Shown one piece after another: positions 39,816 through 49,879 of a stretch of 64,000 nt of DNA (the first letter of the stretch is position 1; each line of letters begins with the position of its first letter). The notes under the pieces are model-generated. The model saw only the letters and a program-made list of their open reading frames with translations, was not told the origin of the DNA and made no database searches. A program made the position numbers and the translations under genes. Where the stretch lies: contig CAZWXN010000001.1 in assembly GCA_964637915.1 (NCBI GenBank), positions 4,152 through 68,151 of the forward strand, in the 5' to 3' direction. This DNA comes from an uncultured Nitrososphaeria archaeon. Lineage in GTDB: Archaea; Thermoproteota; Nitrososphaeria_A; Caldarchaeales; Wolframiiraptoraceae.

Positions 39816-40679
39816 ATGATTTTTATGGTGGATGGCCGTTTTGATCCCGAAATGGCTCGAGGTGTGGTCGTGATTGGTTTAGGCGAGGTTGGTAAGCCCA
39901 TCTACGAGATCTTGAGGGAGAGTTTTGCAGGGGTATATGGTTATGATCTCGATCCATCTGCCCGGGTTGATGAGCTGGAGAACATCCCCACCGGCGTTGA
40001 TGTGATCCATATAGCCTATCCATTTAGGGGGCTTAATGACTTCGTGGACTCCGTGGCTGGTTATGCGCGCAGGCTCGGGGCTGAGGCCGTTATCGTACAT
40101 TCGACAGTGGTGCCGGGCACTACCCGGATCATCCAGTCGAGGATCGAGGCCCATGTAGCCTATTCGCCGGTAAGGGGCAAACACCCATATCTCAAGGATC
40201 ATCTGATGTTTTGGCCCAAGTGGGTTTCAGCGGTTAACAGAGAGGCCTTGGAGCATGCTAGGATCCATCTCGAGCAGGCAGGCTTCAGGGTGAGGGTTGC
40301 CCCCGATCCCGAGTCTCTTGAGCTGGCGAAGCTCTGGGAGACGGTCTATAGGGCCGCGATGATAGCATGCTGGCAGGAGGCCCATAGGATTGCGAGGATG
40401 TTCAGGGCGGATATCGGCGTCATCGCCGAATTCATCTCCGAAGTTCATGAGGTGCTTCGCGATAGGCCGGTCTACTACCCGGACTTCATAGGGGGGCACT
40501 GCCTAATACCCAACACCCGGATACTCCATGAGATAACGGGCTCAGATCTCCTAGAATTCATCCTCCAATCAAATGAGAAGCGCGCCGAGGAGATGCGTGA
40601 TGAGAGCATCGTGAAGGAGGTGGAGAAAGTTAAGAGAATCTGGCTAAACCATGTCCCCAAGGAGTATTACCACATATAG
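39816..40679 (+). CDS. NAD(P)-binding Rossmann-fold oxidoreductase-like protein
   Basis: VVIGLGEVGKPIYEIL dinucleotide-binding motif; the rest unassigned. Confidence 0.4.
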   Translation: MIFMVDGRFDPEMARGVVVIGLGEVGKPIYEILRESFAGVYGYDLDPSARVDELENIPTGVDVIHIAYPFRGLNDFVDSVAGYARRLGAEAVIVHSTVVPGTTRIIQSRIEAHVAYSPVRGKHPYLKDHLMFWPKWVSAVNREALEHARIHLEQAGFRVRVAPDPESLELAKLWETVYRAAMIACWQEAHRIARMFRADIGVIAEFISEVHEVLRDRPVYYPDFIGGHCLIPNTRILHEITGSDLLEFILQSNEKRAEEMRDESIVKEVEKVKRIWLNHVPKEYYHI

Positions 40680-40722
40680 CTGAAATGATGTTGAATATGC
40701 TCAGGGTGGTGCGCCAGCATGC

Positions 40723-41700
40723 TCATGCCTTTTTCATGTCCTTTATGTTTGCTAAGCAGTGTGGTGCGAATGTCTCAACATGTATTCCCTTTTCGACCAT
40801 GGCTGCTGCAGGCGTGATTCCTCCAGCCATGGAGATCCCGAACCTATCTAGCGACACGGGGATCCCTAGAACAGGCTCATTTGGCCTCCCGATCTTTAGG
40901 ATCCCGCTCCATCCCCTCCTCACCAGCTTGTCGATTATCTCGAGGGTTTTTTCCTCAGCCTCGGCAGGTATCTCCCTCATATTGGCTGGAACCATCCCTG
41001 AGCCAGTCTTTAGAACATTCAGTATAGATGTAGCCCGCTTATAAATAAATATCTCGAGGGGATGTATTGTTGTGTGCTCGTAGTCTAGGACGTCCACGAA
41101 GCGTATGGGCTTTCTCCTCAGGAATTGGACGAGGCCCCCGTATTTCAGGAATATGGGTATGCCATTTTTAATCAAGACGCCATCTATGGTTAGGTTGCAG
41201 ACTGTGAGTAGTGCAATCTTGCCCTCGGGCGCACTGACGCCCCTATACTCCTCATTCTCCTCGATTATCATGTAGTAGGGCGCGGGTAGGAGTCCACTTT
41301 CATAGAGTGAGCGAATTAGATCTATGGCCTCCTCGGCATGACTCTTATCTATGACCGTTATATTCGCCACAACGTCTCCGGAATTGTTATCGGGGGAGTA
41401 GGTCGTCTTATAGGCTAGTGACATGTATTTCGTCAGTATTGAGCCCATCCTCTCATAGGCTAGAGCTCTGGTTAGCTCTTCCAAACCCCTCTCCGTGATT
41501 CTTCTACCAATCCTCTCATGGCCCTCGACAAAACCCCTCTCCTCAAGGATCTTGAGATGATATCTAACGGTTCTTTCGCTGAGCAGGAAGCCCCGCTTAG
41601 CAAGCTCCCTCTGTATTATTGATGAGCCGATTGGCTCGACATGCTCGCTCAGGATTCTCAGAATCTCTATCTGCTTCCTATCAAGTTCTCCAGCCGACAA
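40723..41700 (-). CDS. NrpR-like nitrogen regulatory repressor (wHTH + DUF128 domain)
   Basis: N-terminal wHTH (QIEILRILSEH...SERTVRYHLKILEERGFV) similar to NrpR, single C-terminal regulatory domain; divergent from gdhA. Confidence 0.55.
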   Translation of the reverse strand: MSAGELDRKQIEILRILSEHVEPIGSSIIQRELAKRGFLLSERTVRYHLKILEERGFVEGHERIGRRITERGLEELTRALAYERMGSILTKYMSLAYKTTYSPDNNSGDVVANITVIDKSHAEEAIDLIRSLYESGLLPAPYYMIIEENEEYRGVSAPEGKIALLTVCNLTIDGVLIKNGIPIFLKYGGLVQFLRRKPIRFVDVLDYEHTTIHPLEIFIYKRATSILNVLKTGSGMVPANMREIPAEAEEKTLEIIDKLVRRGWSGILKIGRPNEPVLGIPVSLDRFGISMAGGITPAAAMVEKGIHVETFAPHCLANIKDMKKA

Positions 41701-41837
41701 GGGGCCGCTCCACCCTCTCCGAGAGATTGATAGCTGGAAGCAACGCGAGATAAGGGTTTCATGGCCTTATCACCGTTTTACAGAGCATATAGTAGCCGTG
41801 TTAGGGTCGGGTTATACGGTAATGTATTGCCTAAATT

Positions 41838-41861
41838 CTTATAAGTGACGAATTTCGAAAT
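41838..41861 (+). promoter_or_regulatory. TATA-like box plus 10-bp perfect palindrome ATTTCGAAAT upstream of gdhA
   Basis: cttataagtg (TATA-like) followed by acgaATTTCGAAATgtg about 27 bp before the gdhA ATG; the position fits an operator overlapping the transcription start. Confidence 0.3.
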
Positions 41862-41878
41862 GTGAGCCGGATTTAGAG

Positions 41879-43147
41879 GTGGAGTTTATGAGCGGATTAG
41901 ACCCATTCGAGATGGCTGTCAAGCAGCTTGAGAGGGCTGCCCGCTACATGGAGATAAGCGAGGAGGCGCTCGAGTTCCTTAAGAGGCCAATGAGGATCTT
42001 GGAGGTCTCCATCCCCGTCGAGATGGATGATGGATCTGTGAAGGTCTTCACCGGCTTTAGGGTTCAGCATAACTGGGCTCTAGGGCCTACCAAGGGCGGT
42101 ATAAGGTGGCATCCCGAGGAGACCCTCAGCACAGTCAAGGCCCTCGCGATGTGGATGACATGGAAATGCGCAACGCTCGGGCTGCCATATGGCGGGGGCA
42201 AGGGAGGAGTGGTGGTAGACCCGAAGAGGCTCAGCGACCGGGAGAAGGAGAGGCTGGCGAGAGGTTACATAAGGGCAATCTACGACGTGATAAGCCCTTA
42301 CACCGACATCCCAGCGCCAGATGTTTACACTAACCCGCAGATCATGGCATGGATGATGGACGAGTATGAGGTGATCTCTAGGAGAAGAGATCCATCATTC
42401 GGGATAATTACCGGGAAGCCTACTATCGTCGGCGGGTCCTTGGGGAGAGAGACCGCGACAGCTCAGGGCGCCATATTCACGGTGAGGGAAGCCGCGAAAG
42501 TCCTGAAGATGAGCCTTGAGGACAAGAGGGTCGCCGTTCAGGGTTATGGAAATGCGGGATACTATATGGCAAAGCTCGCTAGGGAACAGCTAAAGATGAA
42601 GGTTATAGCCGTCTCCGACTCTAAAGGTGGGATCTATAACCCGGATGGCCTCGACCCTGATAAAGTTCTCAAGTGGAAGCAGGAGCATGGCTCGGTCGTG
42701 GACTTCCCAGGCGCCACGAACATAACAAATGACGAGCTTCTGACACTCGATGTCGAGGTCCTAGCACCATCTGCGATAGAGGGAGTGATTCATAAGGGCA
42801 ACGCGGACAAGATCAGGGCCAAGATACTGGCCGAGGTCGCGAACGGCCCGGTAACGCCGGAGGCCGATGAGATACTCTTCGAGAAGGGCGTTCTCCAGAT
42901 ACCGGACTTCCTCTGCAACGCCGGTGGAGTGACCGTGAGCTACTTCGAGTGGGTCCAGAACATAACAGGCTACTACTGGAGCGAGGAGGAGGTGAGGGAG
43001 AGGCTGGACAAGAAAATGACCGAGGCATTCTGGGGAGTATACAACATCCACAAGGAGAAGAGGATACACATGAGGGACGCAGCATACGTGAGGGCCGTCA
43101 CAAGAGTGTATGAAGCGATGAAGGCACGTGGATGGGTGAAAAAATAG
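41879..43147 (+). CDS. gdhA: Glutamate dehydrogenase
   Basis: Catalytic Lys-containing GGGKGG motif, NAD(P) site GYGNAGYY, 422 aa. Confidence 0.9.
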   Translation: MEFMSGLDPFEMAVKQLERAARYMEISEEALEFLKRPMRILEVSIPVEMDDGSVKVFTGFRVQHNWALGPTKGGIRWHPEETLSTVKALAMWMTWKCATLGLPYGGGKGGVVVDPKRLSDREKERLARGYIRAIYDVISPYTDIPAPDVYTNPQIMAWMMDEYEVISRRRDPSFGIITGKPTIVGGSLGRETATAQGAIFTVREAAKVLKMSLEDKRVAVQGYGNAGYYMAKLAREQLKMKVIAVSDSKGGIYNPDGLDPDKVLKWKQEHGSVVDFPGATNITNDELLTLDVEVLAPSAIEGVIHKGNADKIRAKILAEVANGPVTPEADEILFEKGVLQIPDFLCNAGGVTVSYFEWVQNITGYYWSEEEVRERLDKKMTEAFWGVYNIHKEKRIHMRDAAYVRAVTRVYEAMKARGWVKK

Positions 43148-43200
43148 AAATCCCCAACCCTATCTCCCAAAATCATCCATCTTTAATTAGGAGAGTTTCT

Positions 43201-43551
43201 TCAGACGAGCATCATTCGCATAGGCCTAAGTTCCCGCTTAAATGGATCTAGAATAAGCCCGAGAATCTCTAGCGTTACTACACCTAGAACAGGCTGATCA
43301 CCCTCCTCCCCCAATACTACTGGAGTATGCCCCTCGCCCTGCGGCAAAATAATATAACACTCCGAGACCCTCCTCCTTATCCTCGTCCCATCCGCAAGTA
43401 TAAATTCATGCTCTCGAATGGGTTTAAGCCCTATCTTCCTCCAGACATTACTGGGAAGAACAGTATATGTGGCTCCGCTATCAATGAGGAAAGAGAGTTT
43501 TTCCTCTCCCGCTGGTCCTCTAACGATCCCCTCAACGTGTACTAGGCCCAA
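43201..43551 (-). CDS. Retropepsin-like (clan AA) aspartic protease
   Basis: 116 aa; catalytic FLIDSGATYTVLP motif and C-terminal VLGEE...LEILGLILD hydrophobic dimerisation pattern typical of single-domain DTG/DSG proteases. Confidence 0.6.
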   Translation of the reverse strand: MGLVHVEGIVRGPAGEEKLSFLIDSGATYTVLPSNVWRKIGLKPIREHEFILADGTRIRRRVSECYIILPQGEGHTPVVLGEEGDQPVLGVVTLEILGLILDPFKRELRPMRMMLV

Positions 43552-43593
43552 AGTTTCTCGAAGACTCTTTTTGGAGTTAGGGGTATTAAAGCG

Positions 43594-43953
43594 TTACTTG
43601 AGTGGGACGTACATGCTTGATCTTGTCGCTCCCACTCCGGCTTTTCCATGCTTTACCTGCTTGCATGTTATCGCGAATTCTCCTAGCCTATGCCCTATCA
43701 TCTCGGGCTTTATCTCAACCGGGACGAATTCCTTCCCGTTGTAAACGTGTATTGTTAGGCCGACCATCTCAGGCAGGATCACCATATCCCTCGCATGCGT
43801 CTTGATGGGCTTCTTCGGCTTCTCACCCCTCTTCAGCATCTCATTCGCCTCTCTCACCTTCTCGAGAAGCCTTAGCTGGACGTGGTTTAGGCCACGCATA
43901 AGGCTCCTCCTCATCCTGCTCGGCAGTAGCTTTATGAACTGATCCATGCTCAT
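43594..43953 (-). CDS. Ribosomal protein uS19 (S19p/S15e)
   Basis: [13 protein letters not shown]...[23 protein letters not shown] signature. Confidence 0.85.
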   Translation of the reverse strand: MSMDQFIKLLPSRMRRSLMRGLNHVQLRLLEKVREANEMLKRGEKPKKPIKTHARDMVILPEMVGLTIHVYNGKEFVPVEIKPEMIGHRLGEFAITCKQVKHGKAGVGATRSSMYVPLK

Positions 43954-44191
43954 CTGCCTAAGCTCATCCAGCGTGTATCCCCTGTAGGTGAATTCTCGCC
44001 TCGATATAAGGCCTCACCCCCCTCTTTATCAGCCAACATGTTAATAAAGATAATGGGGGTCTGCTGAGACACCCATGTCCATCAACCTATCTCTCAGAAC
44101 GTCTTTCTACATGCTTCGCGTATCACTTGAGCAATCCGGCCATTCACTATGACTGCGTAGCCCCCAGTCCTCCCCTCAAGCTTCCTACGGC

Positions 44192-45124
44192 CTAACCTGA
44201 AGCTTCTTTCACCCTAGTTCTTCTCGAGATTTGTGGGAGCATTTTCTCAATTGCCTTCACCACCAGCATCGCTAGTATGGTCGAGAAGAGTGTTTGGCCG
44301 AAGATATCCCTTGCATAGGATATTATGGCGACTGGGAGTCCCTTTATAAAGACGTTTACGATGAAGTATGTTGTCGCCATGTAGATGCCGCTCGCGAGGA
44401 GTATCGCCGCTTGCAGGGGCATGCTTCTACCCTTCCCGAGGCCTGCCATCATCCCCTCTCCCCCATGAGCTATTATCGTGATGAACCATCTCGGGTATCC
44501 TATCATCAGGTCCGCTATCAGTGGGCCTATCGCGCCGACGAGGCCTCCAACCCTAGACCCATAAAGGAGAGCTGCCACGAATATTGCTGTATCACCTATG
44601 TTCGTGTATCCGCCTGTGGGCGATGGGAAGAATGATCCGGTGAATGCCGTCAGCACGGCTGCCATCGCGGATAATGATGTCGCGGCCGCGAGCTCAACGC
44701 TGGTAAACCTCAGAATCGGCTCTGCGCGGCCGAACCTTAAGATGATAGCCGCCTCGACTGCCAGCATGATGATCGCCGGGACTAGGAGCACATCGCTGAG
44801 CATGGAGGACGGATAATCGAAGGCGCGCGGGAGGATCAGCAATACGATTGTCGAGACGAGTGCCAGGATGGTGATGTATCCACACCATTTAACACGCCTT
44901 TTGAGGAAGATGATGCCGGAAGGGATCACGGCTAGGATCGAGGTCGCTGAGAAGGCTAGGTAGAGCGGCACCCTGATCCTCTCCACATCAGGCAGGGAGA
45001 TCACGGACAATATGTCGGAGACGCCGAGATGCTTCAGGATTATGGAAAGCTGGATCCCTATGCTCGCCGCGATGAGAGGTGTGGACAAGGCCACTAGGAT
45101 TATTATCGTCCATGAGATCCTCAT
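44192..45124 (-). CDS. Polytopic membrane protein (likely transporter component)
   Basis: About 9 TM helices; the ORF-track start at 45370 overlaps the upstream MFS gene, so the internal Met (MRISWTII) at 45124 is preferred. Confidence 0.45.
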   Translation of the reverse strand: MRISWTIIILVALSTPLIAASIGIQLSIILKHLGVSDILSVISLPDVERIRVPLYLAFSATSILAVIPSGIIFLKRRVKWCGYITILALVSTIVLLILPRAFDYPSSMLSDVLLVPAIIMLAVEAAIILRFGRAEPILRFTSVELAAATSLSAMAAVLTAFTGSFFPSPTGGYTNIGDTAIFVAALLYGSRVGGLVGAIGPLIADLMIGYPRWFITIIAHGGEGMMAGLGKGRSMPLQAAILLASGIYMATTYFIVNVFIKGLPVAIISYARDIFGQTLFSTILAMLVVKAIEKMLPQISRRTRVKEASG

Positions 45125-45222
45125 ACCCTGGTACCTCAAGGATGCTCTGCCGATATTTATCTGAGAAGCATATAAGGCTCGTAGCCAAGAATATTTGAGC
45201 GCGCCTGTGGTGGTATGGGTAT

Positions 45223-46383
45223 TCACGTGCTTAGGATTTTTACAAGCCTGCTTGCAAGAATTACTGCTATGGCCGGGTAAATGCATAAGCTCGCGAATGC
45301 CGTGGAGAGTGGTATCGCGTTGAGTAGCAGGGCTATGATGATGGGGCCGAAGAGGTTTCCAACATCCCACGATGTCAGGTATATCGAGTTACCTAGTATC
45401 CTGAGGTTCGGCCTTACGACATGGGCTGTTATCGCCGCGGTTAATGGAAATGTGAGACCATGCGCCATCGCGACGAGGTAGAGCCCGATTATGAAGAACG
45501 ACGTACTGGGTGCCAGGCCGGCGATCAGCGCACCTATGGCGCAAGAAGCCATAGAAACCTCGAGAAACCTGACAATATTGATCCGGCCCACGTATCTCGA
45601 TAATATTGTCCGGGTTATGTATGTGATTAGGTAGTAGCCGGTGAATATTGCTAGGATGAGGTGATCCGGGATCCCAAGCTCTATGCTTGCCTTCAACGGC
45701 CCATATGCGAAAACCCCTCCAATAGTTATCGAGTAGAGGAGGTATAAGAGTGTTGGAAGGAGGAGCGGCTCCCTGAGAACATCCTTGATCATGGATGAGG
45801 TTATCTTTGAGTAGTATGATTCCTCCCAGAGCGGCGGCCTAGTCTTTGCAAATGCCGCGCCGAGGAGGACTGCGATCAAGCTGATTAACGAGGCGGAGGC
45901 CATAAGCAGCCTCAGGTCCATTAGATAGCTAAGGGCCACGCCGATTGCCGGCCCGGTCCAAAGGCCGAGAGCAACATAGGCCGTGTAATTCGCGACCGAC
46001 TTCCGAGCCTCCTCCGGCGCCATTATCAGGCTTGCGAGCGAGAGAGTTAAGGTGTAGTTCAGGGCGAATGTGACTCCCTGGAGCACTCTGAAGATCCCCA
46101 GCATCCATGGTGTCGTGCTGATCGCGTAGCCGAGCAGGGCCACGGTGTTCAGCGTTATCCCGAGGACGAGTATCCTCAGCGCATTCCTCCTGACCGCGAG
46201 CATCGACGCGGGTATCCTGCTGAGCGCAGAGGCCACCGCCGTCAAGGATACCAGTATTCCCACCTCACTCTCTGACGCCCCCAGAACCGAGTATATGTAG
46301 ACGGGCAAGATCGGGCCGATAATCTCGTATGAGAGGGTAAGTGTGAACGTTGTGTAATTGAGGAGCCTTTGATACCGTCTCAT
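45223..46383 (-). CDS. MFS transporter
   Basis: 12 TM segments, MFS-like loops. Confidence 0.65.
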   Translation of the reverse strand: MRRYQRLLNYTTFTLTLSYEIIGPILPVYIYSVLGASESEVGILVSLTAVASALSRIPASMLAVRRNALRILVLGITLNTVALLGYAISTTPWMLGIFRVLQGVTFALNYTLTLSLASLIMAPEEARKSVANYTAYVALGLWTGPAIGVALSYLMDLRLLMASASLISLIAVLLGAAFAKTRPPLWEESYYSKITSSMIKDVLREPLLLPTLLYLLYSITIGGVFAYGPLKASIELGIPDHLILAIFTGYYLITYITRTILSRYVGRINIVRFLEVSMASCAIGALIAGLAPSTSFFIIGLYLVAMAHGLTFPLTAAITAHVVRPNLRILGNSIYLTSWDVGNLFGPIIIALLLNAIPLSTAFASLCIYPAIAVILASRLVKILST

Positions 46384-46448
46384 AATAGGTCGGGAATGAT
46401 ATCCTCAATATCCCCGATAATAAATCTTGAAGAATGGAGAATTGGGCG

Positions 46449-47174
46449 CTACTTCTTCTTCCTGCCGGTTCTCCTTGCTGCGATGTAGCCAACCTTCCTC
46501 CCAGGCGGCGCATTCCTCGACACAGTCTCTGGCCTTCCAAGCTTCTTCCGAGTCCCACCGAATGGATGGTATGCGGCGGCCATCGCAACACCACGGACCC
46601 TCGGATATGTTGCAACTCTATGTTTCGCCACCATCCAGTGATGCTTCTTACCAGCCTTTAGGAAGGGCTTATCCCGTATCCCCCCGCCCGCGACAACACC
46701 TATCATCGCGAGACATTTAGAGCTTAGCTCTATAACCTTCTTCGACGGCAGCGAGACTATCGTCCTATCACCAAGCTGTGATGTAACGGTCGCGTATGTC
46801 CCGGGCGCTCGGACGAGCTTGCCGCCATCACCCGGCTTATGCTCTATCATCGAGACCTCTGTTCCCTCGGGGATTTTGGCTAGCGGGAGGATGTTGCCCG
46901 GAGCTATCGTCGCCTGTTCGCCCATCTCGATAACCTGGCCCACATACATCCCCTCAACAGCCACGACCGGGAAAGTCTCACCATTCTCCAAGGCGATTAG
47001 GGCTACTGGAGCGCCCCTACCGGGATCATGATCCAGCTCGACCACCCTGCCTAGCAGGAGCCTAGACTGCGAGATTAGCTGAGAGGGGTAGCCGACGGCA
47101 TACTTCCGCCTAAGCGATGCCCTGAAAGTCGGCGAGCCCCTACCCAGCCTCTGAGCCCTAATCCGCTTACCCAT
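46449..47174 (-). CDS. Ribosomal protein uL2
   Basis: MGKRIRAQRLGRG N-terminus, GxxxxHPxGGG-type C-terminus (HPFGGTRKK). Confidence 0.9.
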   Translation of the reverse strand: MGKRIRAQRLGRGSPTFRASLRRKYAVGYPSQLISQSRLLLGRVVELDHDPGRGAPVALIALENGETFPVVAVEGMYVGQVIEMGEQATIAPGNILPLAKIPEGTEVSMIEHKPGDGGKLVRAPGTYATVTSQLGDRTIVSLPSKKVIELSSKCLAMIGVVAGGGIRDKPFLKAGKKHHWMVAKHRVATYPRVRGVAMAAAYHPFGGTRKKLGRPETVSRNAPPGRKVGYIAARRTGRKKK

Positions 47175-47318
47175 CCCACACCCACCGGGATCTTATCCAG
47201 TCCACCAGCCCAGACCTCAATCTATTAAGTATTTTCGCATAAGGTAAGTTTTCCGCTATTAAACCTCCTTCGGCAAGTTTTCAGCATTAAGATCAAAGTT
47301 CTAGTTTACTCAGCATTT

Positions 47319-47894
47319 TCATCTCGAGTATATTCCTGTTAAGGTGGCTTCTGCAAGGATATGGTCTTTCATGAGCTTTAAGAGTTCGTCTTTTGAGGCC
47401 GCTGGACCTAGTTCGAGCATCGTGTCCAGCGCATATATCCTGAAGACGTATCTATGTGGTTTTCCCGGCGGTGGGCATGGGCCTCCATAGCCCGGTCTTC
47501 CGAAATCGTTTAAGCCCTGCACTATTCCTCCGGGAAGCTCTTCAGCAGGCTCCATTCCCTCATCGAGCCGATTCACATCCGCGGGTATATTATAGATTAT
47601 CCAGTGTGTGAATATTCCTCCGGGGGCATCCGGGTCCTCGACTATTATGGCGAGGCTCTTGGTTTCGGGTGGCTGACCTCTCCAGCGAAGGGGTGGAGAG
47701 ATGTCAAGGCCGTCACACGTATATTTTTCCGGAATTATTCCATTATCCTTGAAGGCAGGGCTCTCTAAGATAAAGCCTGTGATCAAAGTGGTGGCGGATC
47801 TCTCCGGGGCACTCGGGTAGATGATATAGGCGGCAATTACTCCGGCTAGCGCGATGATGAGCACGATCATTAACGCTATCCAGCGCCTCGCCAT
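47319..47894 (-). CDS. PEBP family protein (YbhB/YbcL-type), membrane-anchored
   Basis: DPDAPGGIFTHWIIYNIP and GYGGPCPPPGKPHRYVFRIYALD signatures; N-terminal TM helix. Confidence 0.8.
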   Translation of the reverse strand: MARRWIALMIVLIIALAGVIAAYIIYPSAPERSATTLITGFILESPAFKDNGIIPEKYTCDGLDISPPLRWRGQPPETKSLAIIVEDPDAPGGIFTHWIIYNIPADVNRLDEGMEPAEELPGGIVQGLNDFGRPGYGGPCPPPGKPHRYVFRIYALDTMLELGPAASKDELLKLMKDHILAEATLTGIYSR

Positions 47895-47941
47895 CCATAG
47901 ATCATTATGCTCGAGGCTGTTATAATTTTTGCCCGCCGGGT

Positions 47942-48202
47942 TTAGAGGATTCCAAGCTCGACTGCGAGGTCCGCTGCCTTGTATTCTGGCTTTAGCTTGA
48001 CGTATGCCTTCTTCTCGCCTCTTGGCGTTATCATCGTATTCACCTTCTCCACCTTCACACCATAGAGCTCCTCAACCGCCCTCTTTACATCGGCCTTGGT
48101 CGCTCTCAAGTCGACTATGAAGGTGAGCTTATTCTCCTTCTCGATTAGCGAGACCGCGTCCTGCGTGATCACAATCCTCTTGATTACTTCGGAGGCCCTC
48201 AT
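47942..48202 (-). CDS. Ribosomal protein uL23
   Basis: 86 aa, [31 protein letters not shown] pattern. Confidence 0.85.
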   Translation of the reverse strand: MRASEVIKRIVITQDAVSLIEKENKLTFIVDLRATKADVKRAVEELYGVKVEKVNTMITPRGEKKAYVKLKPEYKAADLAVELGIL

Positions 48203-49035
48203 GCTAAACCACCCAGTATCTTTTCATCCAGCTTTTCTAGGGCGGATCTTGTCCAGATCGTAAGCCTGCCTGGCTTGGCGCCGGGCGCGAGGTGGAGGAC
48301 GCTTAGATCCTTCAGCTTCACGACCTTGACACCGGGGATGTTCTCTGCGGCCTCCTCGATCCCGCGATCCTCGAGTATAACTATCAGCGGCCCAACCCTC
48401 CGCTTATATCTCCGGCCCCTCCGCTTGCCCTTGCCAGCCCTAACCTTCTTCTCACTACATCTCTCGAGCTCCTCGCCAAGCCCTATCTTCTCCAAGAATT
48501 CTCGAACCTCCCTAGTCTTGGCGATAGACTGGAGCGCGTCATCAACGACTATTGGGAGTGGAAGGTCTTCCGGGATCCTATGCCCTCTATCCTTAACCGC
48601 CTCCCTATCTGCCGTGAATGCTATCGCCACGGCGAGCGCCGCCCTCTTCTCCTTCTCATTGAGATCCTTGTGGATCTTCTTTTCCGGCACCGGTGGGTGT
48701 CCCGGTCTACCGCCTACGGCCGAGTTAATCATCCCGCCAGCCATCGCCTTGCCAGTGCCATGAGCTCTTATCCGGGATACTCTGGCTACGCCATAGCCCG
48801 CTCCAAGCGACTCAACAGAGTACTTGTGTCCCGAGCCCTTGAACGTGCCCTTAGGCTGTAGGACATGGGTCTGGAGATGTATGAAGGCCCTCCAGACTAG
48901 GTCCTCCCTAAGCGGGGCCAAGAAGGTCTTGGGAAGCGTGATCTCGCCTACCTTGTTACCAGCTAGATCTAGGACGGGCACTCTCCTCTCGCCCGCCCTA
49001 GAAGCATTCATCAGCAGCTCAACCAGTAGGCTCAT
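48199..49035 (-). CDS. Ribosomal protein uL4 (L4/L1e)
   Basis: 278 aa; L4 fold pattern, 4-nt overlap with uL23. Confidence 0.85.
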   Translation of the reverse strand: MSLLVELLMNASRAGERRVPVLDLAGNKVGEITLPKTFLAPLREDLVWRAFIHLQTHVLQPKGTFKGSGHKYSVESLGAGYGVARVSRIRAHGTGKAMAGGMINSAVGGRPGHPPVPEKKIHKDLNEKEKRAALAVAIAFTADREAVKDRGHRIPEDLPLPIVVDDALQSIAKTREVREFLEKIGLGEELERCSEKKVRAGKGKRRGRRYKRRVGPLIVILEDRGIEEAAENIPGVKVVKLKDLSVLHLAPGAKPGRLTIWTRSALEKLDEKILGGLA

Positions 49036-49879
49036 TCTAGGCTTCTAGCTCATAAGAGCCCATATTTAAGGCATGACTCTCACATATCAATATATCATCA
49101 AAAAATCACATGCATTAGAAGCTGTCCAACTCTGGTAAGGGAAATCCTAAATTGGGGACTAGGGAAAAAGGGTCTCACTATCATCCTTTTTCTTTCTTCC
49201 TTCATCTCTTCTCCCATTGGGGGTCTCTGGAATCATATGTCTCCATCTTGCCCTTAGCCATGTATATTCTTCTCCTCTCCTTTAGAGTAGAGTCTATCCC
49301 GCCAGCCTTTCTGAGAGAAATTCTCCTACACGCTTCTATCCTCTCCACCCCCAATACCCTTATCCATACCGTAATTGATCTCGTATCGCTCCTCATCCTA
49401 GCTCATGCCGCCGAAGACCTTATCCTCCTCGATAAACTTCTTCTTGAACCTCTTCCATTAACCTTGATTCTGAATGCTGAAGCTAGCATCCCTATGATGA
49501 ACTAGAAGTCCCTATTTTTGGAATGATCCTCAACGAATGAAGGATGGCCCATGTCGGGGATGTGGTTGTCTGGGGTTCTAGCTAGGTGTCTGTCCTCGAG
49601 AATCTTGACGGGATAGATGATTTCGCCAAGACATTTGGAAGATGTGTTGGGAAATCAGCGATAAGGGCGTTATACAGTGAGCCCAAGGATCTGATGAGGT
49701 GATTGATAAATTCTTCCTGCAACACGTTATCTTGACGCTTGGGTAGAGGCGTGCCCTCCGACTATTATACTAAACTAAGAAGAATGCAAACGCAATGATA
49801 AGCTATGCTCTAGCGATCATTAAGTGGTTTGAAGATTCCTGGAGCTCGCTCCAGGAAGGGAGCAACGTATAGCTAGGGT

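Noticed and set aside
49152-49505. 117-aa + strand ORF in the uL3-uL4 gap
   Set aside because: Pyrimidine-rich, low-complexity translation (FSFFLHLFSH..., LLLSFRV...) with no start context, which is more consistent with non-coding spacer. The gap itself is reported as a finding.
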